Virus record (IMG/VR): IMGVR_UViG_3300032335_001233
Span: 51,490-115,489 of that record
Reading direction: 5' to 3' (one strand)
Source of the DNA: a virus
Taxonomy: Duplodnaviria > Caudoviricetes
DNA: 64,000 bases
The position numbers and the translations under genes were made by a program. Position 1 is the first letter of the stretch; each line of letters opens with the position of its first letter. The notes beneath the pieces are model-generated. The model was not told where the DNA came from, did no database searches, and was given only the letters and a program-made list of their open reading frames with translations. Below, one piece after another: positions 57,301-64,000 of the stretch.

Positions 57301-60300
57301 TACTCAACACAATGTTGCCAGTGGCCGACAAATTGATGTTGCCAGTGGACTTGATCGTGGTACCAGTACCGGTCACTGTGTTGGCAAACACCCCACCAGC
57401 AGTGAGCAAGTTGGCGCCTGTGATGTTGCCTGCCACGCTCATGGCCTGTGATTCAGTGATGGTAACTGCTATGGTAGGAGTGATGGCTCCGTTGGCAGTG
57501 GTTTGAATCACTGCATAGGTACCCCGAGCTGTGTCAGTTTGATTTTGTGCGGAGAAAAAGTCCAGTCTGCCAGTTGAGTTTGCACCAAATCCTTGTGATC
57601 CATTGCTGTAACCACGGGCGGTGTACTGGGCTAATAGATCGCCAGCAACAGTTTGTGTTGGTGATGCTGCTGTACCACGAGCATGTCGTCCAGTATAAGC
57701 AGTGTATACTCCTGTGCCATAGCTGTCTGTGGTGATTCGAGTAATATTAGCACTTTGGCCTGTGGCGTGAATTATGGTGCCCAGGGCATCAGCAATGCCT
57801 TGTGTGGCAGTTTGTGCAGACACCATGAGCAAGCTGTCAGGTGCAGTGGCTGGACCAATGTTGACATTGCCACCTGTGATGTTACCTGTTGCAGATACCA
57901 GACCAGTAGTTAGGATATTTCCACCAGTGACGTTGCCACTGGCACTTACAGTAACGCCTTGAACTAACGCAGCAGATATCAAGTTACCACCAGTGACATT
58001 GCCTGTTGAAGAAATCAATCCACCTGTGACAATGTTACCACCAGTTACATTACCGCCTGCGCTGATTAGGCCAGCAGTTAGAATGTTTGCACCAGTGATG
58101 TTGCCAGTGGCAGAGATTAATCCTGCTGTGGTAACATTACCACCAATTACATTGCCACTGGCACTTACAGTAACGCCTTGGACTAACGCAGCAGATATCA
58201 AGTTACCACCATTAACGTTGCCACTCAGCGATGCTGTTGTACCAGTATGCGTTGTGGCGTTAACATTAGCACCACCCATGATGTTGCCACCAGTGATGTT
58301 GCCAGTGGCAGAGATTAATCCTGCTGTGGTAACATTACCACCAATTACATTGCCACTGGCACTTACAGTAACACCTTGTACCAAAGCAGCAGATATCAAG
58401 TTACCACCAGTGACATTGCCAGTAGCTGAAATCAGGCCACCAGTTAGGATGTTACCACCAGTGATGTTACCTGCTGCACTGACAGTGGTACTCGATGACA
58501 CTGCACCAACCAAGGGACCATAGAATGCTGCGGCAGTAATATTGCCTGATGCACTCATGCGTCCAATGTTGACATTACCTGTACCATTGGGTGTGAGCAC
58601 AATGTTGGCATTACCTGCTGTGGTTTGAATATCCAGTTGTGCTGAGTCAAGTATAGCACCACTTAACAATAAATTACCAGCGGTGATGTTGCCTGTAGAA
58701 ACAGTTAAACTGGTACCGGTTATAGCAGCACCTGTTATGGCACCTGCTGCAGATATCAATCCCCCAGTTAAAACATTGCCGCCTGTGACGTTTCCAGCAA
58801 TTGTCACAGCGTTGCTCACTTTGTCAAAAGTAAATCCAGCTGTGGCAGCAATGACATCATTGTCATTGAATTGAACTTGTGTATTTGAGCCAGCAGCATC
58901 AATATTGCCAGTGACGTTGCCAATTACATTACCAATGAAGTTTGCCGCAGTGACATTGCCAGCTGCTGATATCAATCCACCAGTTAGTATGTTGCCACCG
59001 GTGACGTTGCCACTTGCACTCACAGTAACACCCTGTACCAAGGCAGCAGATATCAAATTGCCACCAGTGACGTTTCCTGTTGCTGAGACCAAACCTGCTG
59101 TAGCAATGTTGCCACCTGTGACGTTACCCGAAGCACTGACAGTGGTAGCTGACAACAATGTGGTAGATACGTTACCACCTGTAATGTTACCTGTGGCTGA
59201 TACAATGCCACCTGTGAGTAGATTACCGCCGGTGACGTTACCAATTGCGCTAGCAGTACCACCAGTGATATTGCCACTTGTGACCAAATTGCCACCTGTG
59301 ACGTTGCCGGCTGCTGATACCAATCCGTTTGAAAATATGTTGCTGCCAGTGATGTTGCCTGTGGCAACCACATTACCCGATGACAACAAATTGCCAGCAC
59401 TGACGTTGGCAGTTACTGACACTTGCCCATTTGTGGTCAAGTTGCCAACCACAGCGTTGGCTGTGATGGTAGCATTGTTGGCGTTGACATTGCCAGTTGC
59501 TGCAATGTTGCCAGTGGCGTTGACATTTCCAGCAGCAGTGATGTTACCTGTGGCAGTGATGTTACCTGTGGCACTTATTAGGCCACTTGTGAGTAGATTG
59601 CCGCCAGTGATGTTACCTGTGGCTGACACTTGACCAGCTGTGGTGACATTACCACCTGTGACGTTGCCCGATGCACTAACTGTGGTAGCTGACAACAATG
59701 TGGTAGATACATTACCGCCAGTGATATTGCCAGTAGCTGACACTTGCCCAGCTGTGGCAATGTTACCACCTGTAATATTGCCAGTGGCCAAAACTTGGCC
59801 AGCTGTGTTGATGTTGCCACCTGCCACATTGCCTGTCACGGCCAATGCGTTGCTGGTTTTATCAAAAGTAAATGCAGCGCTACCGTTTAGAACATCAGCA
59901 TCGTTGAATTGAACCTGTGTGTTAGATCCAGCTGCATCAACATTGCCAACAAACGTGCCAATAAAGTTAGCAGCAGTGATGTTGCCAGTACCGCTGACTT
60001 GGCCGCTGCCAAAAAGAATGTTGCCACCAGTGATATTGCCTGTGGTTGTTACTTGCCCAGTAGTGACAATGTTGCCACCAGTGATGTTGCCTGAAGCTGT
60101 AACTTGGCCGGCAGTGGCCACATTGCCACCAGTAATGTTACCCACTGCGCTAACAATAGAACCAGTCAATAGTGATCCACCAGTGATGTTGCCAGTAGCA
60201 CTAATAGTAGTGCTGGCACTCAAAGATCCAGTTTGTACTGCACCACTTGTGACGATGTTACCACCAGTGATATTGCCAGTAGCTGATACCAATCCGCTAG

Positions 60301-61375
60301 TTGTAACATTTCCAGCATTAACATTGCCAACAGCACTGACAAAACCAGGTGTACCAATGTTGCCACCTGAGACAGTGCCTGTTGCACTGACAATGCCCGT
60401 GTTGACATTGCCACTGTTTACATTGCCTGTGACTGAAGTTGTTGTGGCTTCAACTGTGCCTGCTACAAAAGTTCCGTAATTGGATACTGTGACCACTTCG
60501 TTGGCCACCACAACATCAACAGCCGCAAACATTTTGCCAGCACTGTTGTCGTAACCAAAAAATGCGCTTTTTTCTACGTTGCCCGGGGTATCAAAATACC
60601 ACAACTGTGTGCCACGATCTTTGCCATCATTTGATGTCAACGGTGTGCCATTGGGTCCGTGACCCATGCTGATCACAGGATCTTCCACAGCTAGAGTAGA
60701 AACGTTGATGTAGCTGATGTTGCCATTGACAAAAAGATCACCGTTAACTGTGGCATTGCCCACCACTGCTAGTGTACCAACAGTGCCCACGCCTGACACC
60801 AAGAGTCCGGCGCTGTTGACGTTGGCCACAGCATTGACATTGCCGCTAAAATTAGTTCCAACTGATGTAAACACAGCCACATTGGAGTTTCCAGCCACTG
60901 TGACATAAGCATTGCCGTTAACACCCGAGATACCAATCGTGGTTGTGCCTTGAGTGATCGAACTTACATCAATATTGCCAACATCAATATTGGCCTGTGT
61001 GGTGCCATCACTGGTATAAACTGCAAAGGTGTTGCCGCTGATTTCTTTCAGCTGCAAATTACCCAGATAAATGGTATTGCCAGCTACATACAAACTGCTC
61101 CAGGCCTGAGTGGCTGATCCCAAATTGTAAGTGAGATTGGCAGATGGTACTAGGTTGCCTATGATATTACCAGCAACTGTGACTCCGTTTAGTGTTTTGT
61201 TGGTTAGCGTTTGAACTTGTGTTAGTCCAACTGTGGTAAAGCCACCAGCTGTGACTCCGTCATGCACACGCAAGGTGTTGTTGGTGGTATCAACCGTGAT
61301 TTCGGCCAACGCACCGGTAAAAGCGTTGTTTTCTGATGTTGTACCGCGTCGGTATTGTACTTGTGTTGATGCCAT
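54320..61375 (-). CDS. Giant tail fibre/adhesin-like protein (2351 aa)
   Basis: Mtd-N-like start QVQYRRGT...GALAEITVDT...HDGVTAGG; dozens of GN(I/V)TGGN repeats; DAATKKYVD; C-terminal YADLAE...GRVP chaperone/autocleavage-like domain. Confidence 0.85.
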   Translation of the reverse strand: MASTQVQYRRGTTSENNAFTGALAEITVDTTNNTLRVHDGVTAGGFTTVGLTQVQTLTNKTLNGVTVAGNIIGNLVPSANLTYNLGSATQAWSSLYVAGNTIYLGNLQLKEISGNTFAVYTSDGTTQANIDVGNIDVSSITQGTTTIGISGVNGNAYVTVAGNSNVAVFTSVGTNFSGNVNAVANVNSAGLLVSGVGTVGTLAVVGNATVNGDLFVNGNISYINVSTLAVEDPVISMGHGPNGTPLTSNDGKDRGTQLWYFDTPGNVEKSAFFGYDNSAGKMFAAVDVVVANEVVTVSNYGTFVAGTVEATTTSVTGNVNSGNVNTGIVSATGTVSGGNIGTPGFVSAVGNVNAGNVTTSGLVSATGNITGGNIVTSGAVQTGSLSASTTISATGNITGGSLLTGSIVSAVGNITGGNVATAGQVTASGNITGGNIVTTGQVTTTGNITGGNILFGSGQVSGTGNITAANFIGTFVGNVDAAGSNTQVQFNDADVLNGSAAFTFDKTSNALAVTGNVAGGNINTAGQVLATGNITGGNIATAGQVSATGNITGGNVSTTLLSATTVSASGNVTGGNVTTAGQVSATGNITGGNLLTSGLISATGNITATGNITAAGNVNATGNIAATGNVNANNATITANAVVGNLTTNGQVSVTANVSAGNLLSSGNVVATGNITGSNIFSNGLVSAAGNVTGGNLVTSGNITGGTASAIGNVTGGNLLTGGIVSATGNITGGNVSTTLLSATTVSASGNVTGGNIATAGLVSATGNVTGGNLISAALVQGVTVSASGNVTGGNILTGGLISAAGNVTAANFIGNVIGNVTGNIDAAGSNTQVQFNDNDVIAATAGFTFDKVSNAVTIAGNVTGGNVLTGGLISAAGAITGAAITGTSLTVSTGNITAGNLLLSGAILDSAQLDIQTTAGNANIVLTPNGTGNVNIGRMSASGNITAAAFYGPLVGAVSSSTTVSAAGNITGGNILTGGLISATGNVTGGNLISAALVQGVTVSASGNVIGGNVTTAGLISATGNITGGNIMGGANVNATTHTGTTASLSGNVNGGNLISAALVQGVTVSASGNVIGGNVTTAGLISATGNITGANILTAGLISAGGNVTGGNIVTGGLISSTGNVTGGNLISAALVQGVTVSASGNVTGGNILTTGLVSATGNITGGNVNIGPATAPDSLLMVSAQTATQGIADALGTIIHATGQSANITRITTDSYGTGVYTAYTGRHARGTAASPTQTVAGDLLAQYTARGYSNGSQGFGANSTGRLDFFSAQNQTDTARGTYAVIQTTANGAITPTIAVTITESQAMSVAGNITGANLLTAGGVFANTVTGTGTTIKSTGNINLSATGNIVLSTQTYINNVSDPVQAQDAATKKYVDDFAQGLNVHDAAIAATPNTLATISGGTVTYNNGTSGVGATLTTTGAFNLIDTVNVQTAGSRILVLNEANAVTNGVYVWSNATVITRATDYDSVPEVEAGDFIFVTGGTVYGNTGWVQTTSPTAIGTAGNNIAFTQFSGSGAYTAGTGLALSGTQFSISNTVVTAGSYGNSTAIPTFTVNQQGQLTAASTAAVVAPAGTLTGSSLANNVVNSNLQTVGNLNSLSVVGNIITGNLSTAGTVSATGNIAAGNVNTARVVASSFVSATGNVVGGNVNTTGLISATGNITGGNITTAGLISATGQITGSQFNGSGAGLTSIPGGNVTGAVASATSATTAGTVTTAAQPNITSVGTLTSLAVTGNITAGNLTGAALVSATNLTGTLTTAAQPNITSVGTLTSLTVTGNTTSGNLLTGGLISATGQVTGSQFNGSGAGLTSIPGGNVTGTVASATSATTAGTVTTAAQPNITSVGTLSSLAVTGNITAGNFVGTLNGSGANVTSISATNISSGTLDQARLANAAVTLGSTALTLGATVTTVAGLTSVTSTTFVGALTGAATTAGTVTTNAQPNITSVGTLSSLTVTANTTSGNLLTGGLISATGQVTGSQFNGSGAGLTSIPGGNVTGTVASATSATTAGTVTTAAQPNITSVGTLSSLAVTGNTTSGNFIGTLNGSAANVTAINASNISSGTLAQARLANASLTVNGVSIALGSSGTVTANTPNSLTFNNGGAGGASGSTFNGSGALTVSYNTVGAPSTTGTNASGTWSINVTGSAGSATSATTAGTVTTAAQPNITSVGTLSSLTVSGGITVNSAAGATAITNGATNGVGNIGSSTVGFNTVFAKATSAQYADLAEAYTADAEYAPGTVLVFGGTAEVTVAAQASDTRIAGVVSTNPAHVMNAGLDAPNVVIIALTGRVPTKVTGTVRKGDMMVAAGNGVAQACATPTIGSVIGKALENFDGESGVIEVVVGRL
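58090..58372. repeat. Identical 85-bp direct repeat within the fibre gene
   Basis: 58090-58174 equals 58288-58372 (198-bp period). Confidence 0.8.
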
Positions 61376-61394
61376 GGTTTATCCTATGCCATAT

Positions 61395-62129
61395 TTATGT
61401 GCTGACAATTGCTCTGTCTGTAACCCTGCGCCAATTGACGCCATCACTGAATGCTGGCACTGGGCCTCCTGCTTCGTTGGTGACATACACAAACTGAGCT
61501 GCTGTGGCTGCGCTGGGCAAGCCAGCCACGGTATAACTGGGAAGAACCAACTGACCGGGATAAAAAACACCAGTAGTAACAATGGTGCCCAAATCATATA
61601 CGGTTGTGGCCGGAACTTCGGTGACTGATCCAAAATCATAAAAAGTGGCTGCTGCTTCCCACACATAGCCGAGACTGCCGCCTACTTCCCAAACAATAAT
61701 ACTGGCGCCAACAAAAGTGATAGTATCTGTGGCAGAGTTTGTTGTGATACTGATGCCAGTTCCAGCCACAAAATTCACTGTGGCGCCTGAAGAATTTGCT
61801 ACCACAGTGTTTGCGCCAGCCACTGCAATTGCGCCAAAGCTATTGCCGACGTTAAGACCAGTTAGCTGACTGCCGTTGCCCAGGATATAGTTGCCAGTGA
61901 CGTTGCCCACAGCTGACACATTGCCCAAACTCACAACATTGCCACCAGTGACATTGCCTGTGACGGACACAAATCTACTACTGGTCAGTAGCTCAACTTG
62001 ACTGTTGCCGTTCTTGAAAAACAAATTGCCATCAGCATAGTTGATGGCCAATTCGCCCAAGGCTAGATTACCTGCACTGGGAACAGAGTTAGCATTGCCA
62101 GATCTTTTGAGGAGTAGAGTATTACTCAT
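61395..62129 (-). CDS. Short tail-fibre-related protein
   Basis: LLLKRSG...LALGELAINYADG.LFFK N-terminus, GNVTGGN repeats, C-terminal AFSDGVNWRR. Confidence 0.75.
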   Translation of the reverse strand: MSNTLLLKRSGNANSVPSAGNLALGELAINYADGNLFFKNGNSQVELLTSSRFVSVTGNVTGGNVVSLGNVSAVGNVTGNYILGNGSQLTGLNVGNSFGAIAVAGANTVVANSSGATVNFVAGTGISITTNSATDTITFVGASIIVWEVGGSLGYVWEAAATFYDFGSVTEVPATTVYDLGTIVTTGVFYPGQLVLPSYTVAGLPSAATAAQFVYVTNEAGGPVPAFSDGVNWRRVTDRAIVST

Positions 62130-62138
62130 GGCTCACTG

Positions 62139-64000
62139 TCAATATGTACCACCGTCAATGGTGCTGTTTACAGTAAGCACTGCATCGCCTAGCACGTACA
62201 CACCGTCAGCGTAGACGTTGCCAGTCACGCCCACACCACCAGCCACACGCAGAGCACCAGTAACGTTGCTCACACTGATTGTGGCGGCCAAGACGTTGGC
62301 AAAGGTGTTTACCACCAAAGTGCCCACATTGGCTGTGTTGGGTGTTACAAGATTTCCACCTGTGATGTTGGACGTGGCGCTTACTATGCCTGCTGTGATG
62401 ATGTTGCCGCCCACAACATTGGCTGTGATTGTGGCATTGTTGGCATTGACATTGGCTGCTGCTGTTACGTTGCCAGACACACTGATGTTGCCTGAAGCAA
62501 TGTTGCCTGTGACAGTGAGCAAGCCAGTGCTGATCACATTGGCACCAGTGATGTTGCCAGTTACACTCAGGCTGGTACCAGTGGCAGCACCAATGTTGGG
62601 TGTGGTCAAATTGGCTGAGGCTTTGACCACAACATTGCCGCCCACAATGGCCGTGGTGTCGTTGTCAACGTTGACTGAGAATACTGTGCCTGATAGAGTC
62701 AGGCCGTTACCAGCACTGTAGACTTGGCTGGCACTGAACTGTGTGAATGTTAACGGATCATAACCCAGTATGATCTCGCCCACAGGCGCTGTGAGCACAT
62801 AGCTTTCACCAGCTGATATATTTCCTGCCTGTACATAAAAGTAATCACCAGCATCTACGCCGTTGATGCTGGCAGGAATATAGGCGTTCATGTCTGACGA
62901 ACGTGTCATGACCCAAGGTGCAGACACGTTACCAGTGTTGGTGACCACATACACACCGTTTTCATATGCAGTGGTTTGATCAGCCAACAGCACACGTTGG
63001 GACACTGTGAGTGTTTGCCCACCAATCACAAGAGCACCATTGACATTGGCAGTGAGTGTGGCCCCTACACCTGGATTGGCTCTGCCCACTTGGCTCAAAC
63101 CAGTGCCGTTGGTCAGGTTGGTTTTCTGTACGCCGCCATAGGTGTCACTCAGTGTGATCTGTGTGTTGGCTGGTACTGAATACACAAAGTAACTGGTGTT
63201 GGCAGTGATGCCGTTGAAGCTACTGGCCCAGTAAATCTGGTCATTGACATTTAGAGTATGTGTTGATGAGAATGTCAGTGTAGTGTTGGCTGTGATGGTG
63301 TTCACAGTGTGAGTAGTACCACCTTGTGCATAGGTACCAGCCTGATTGACATTGTGACTTTCCACATAAACTGGAGTGTGTATAGTGATACCAGTAGAAA
63401 CTGCATCGTCAACGTACTGTTTGGTGGCTGCATCAGTAGACTGTACCGGTGATGCTACTGAATTGATGTAGGTGTTGTTTAAAGTGACGTTGCCAGAAGT
63501 GGGCCACAGGTTAATGTCACCTGAGCCAGTGCTCACTGTGATGCCAGTGGTACCACGAATATTGGGGGTGGTTACAAGGCCTGCTGTGGCTATATTACCA
63601 CCAGTGATGTTGCCTGTCACAGTAATCAAACCAGCTGTGGCTATGTTACCGCCAGTGATGTTGCCAGTTACGCTGCTGGCACCAGTCACAGTAAGTATAC
63701 TGTTGGCGCTGTTAAATGCCAAATTAGCACTGGCTGCAAAATCATTGCCAAGGTTGAATTGAATTTGACCGTTGGCACCAGCAGCTTGTTGGAAGTCCAC
63801 TGGACTGCCGTTGGCATAGTAATAGTTGTTGGTCAAAATGCCACCAGCGGCCACATTGCCAACCGTGGCAATGTTGCCACCTGTGATGTTGCCGGTTACT
63901 GTGGCATAGCCTGAAGCAACTAAGTTTGCACCAGTTGCCACATTGCCAGTGGCCGAGACTCGACCTGCTGTGGCAATGTTGCCACCTGTGATGTTGCCAG
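62139..64000 (-). CDS. Tail-fibre-like repeat protein, 3' part (start lies beyond the window)
   Basis: Open frame with GNITGGN repeats, DAATKQYVD, ENGVYV, ending IDGGTY. Confidence 0.8.
   Translation of the reverse strand, partial: GNITGGNIATAGRVSATGNVATGANLVASGYATVTGNITGGNIATVGNVAAGGILTNNYYYANGSPVDFQQAAGANGQIQFNLGNDFAASANLAFNSANSILTVTGASSVTGNITGGNIATAGLITVTGNITGGNIATAGLVTTPNIRGTTGITVSTGSGDINLWPTSGNVTLNNTYINSVASPVQSTDAATKQYVDDAVSTGITIHTPVYVESHNVNQAGTYAQGGTTHTVNTITANTTLTFSSTHTLNVNDQIYWASSFNGITANTSYFVYSVPANTQITLSDTYGGVQKTNLTNGTGLSQVGRANPGVGATLTANVNGALVIGGQTLTVSQRVLLADQTTAYENGVYVVTNTGNVSAPWVMTRSSDMNAYIPASINGVDAGDYFYVQAGNISAGESYVLTAPVGEIILGYDPLTFTQFSASQVYSAGNGLTLSGTVFSVNVDNDTTAIVGGNVVVKASANLTTPNIGAATGTSLSVTGNITGANVISTGLLTVTGNIASGNISVSGNVTAAANVNANNATITANVVGGNIITAGIVSATSNITGGNLVTPNTANVGTLVVNTFANVLAATISVSNVTGALRVAGGVGVTGNVYADGVYVLGDAVLTVNSTIDGGTY

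Noticed and set aside
54320-61375. Diversity-generating retroelement suggested by the Mtd-like N-terminus and repeats
   Set aside because: No reverse transcriptase in the window; the repeats are in-frame coding units, not a TR/VR pair with adenine-specific mismatches.
61379-61666. 95-aa alternative-frame ORF overlapping 61395..62129
   Set aside because: Nested in a better-supported same-strand gene; no independent evidence.
54402-63762. Many plus-strand ORFs (MLPPVTLP... type) opposite the fibre genes
   Set aside because: Antisense shadows of the repetitive Gly/Asn/Thr codons; no RBS or independent signal.
1-64000. Stop-codon reassignment
   Set aside because: Core genes are full length and tightly packed in the standard code, and all three stop codons end genes.

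Overview
A 64-kb segment of a large T4-like (contractile-tailed) bacteriophage genome, resembling uncultured aquatic myoviruses. It is densely coding in the standard code and mostly on the minus strand. Modules in order: (1) replication/recombination genes (helicase, primase, a 189-aa DnaE-like fragment, clamp-loader small subunit, UvsW, AAA+ ATPase) interleaved with accessory enzymes; (2) a ~10.6-kb glycan-synthesis/methylation cluster ending in MetK; (3) UvsY, UvsX and gp32; (4) large terminase, followed by a cluster of probable internal head proteins with T4-like capsid-targeting N-termini and repeated protease-site-like motifs; (5) gp4, tail tube, sheath, dNMP kinase, exonuclease, neck proteins gp13/gp14/gp15 and a Nudix hydrolase; (6) giant Gly/Asn/Thr-repeat fibre genes. 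The most notable non-coding observation concerns the AAA+ ATPase transcript. It has tandem sigma70-type promoters, each flanked by a TGTTGC-N6-GCAACA palindrome, and a 3' UTR stem-loop whose loop is complementary to the gene's own ribosome-binding site 1.15 kb upstream. Other non-coding signals are a triple AGGCAAC repeat in the gp32 leader, an RBS-occluding hairpin at gp13 overlapped by a late promoter, and many promoters only 4-7 nt from start codons (probably leaderless). No tRNA, rRNA, CRISPR array, integrase or transposase was recognised. All protein calls come from motif recognition by eye, not from database searches.
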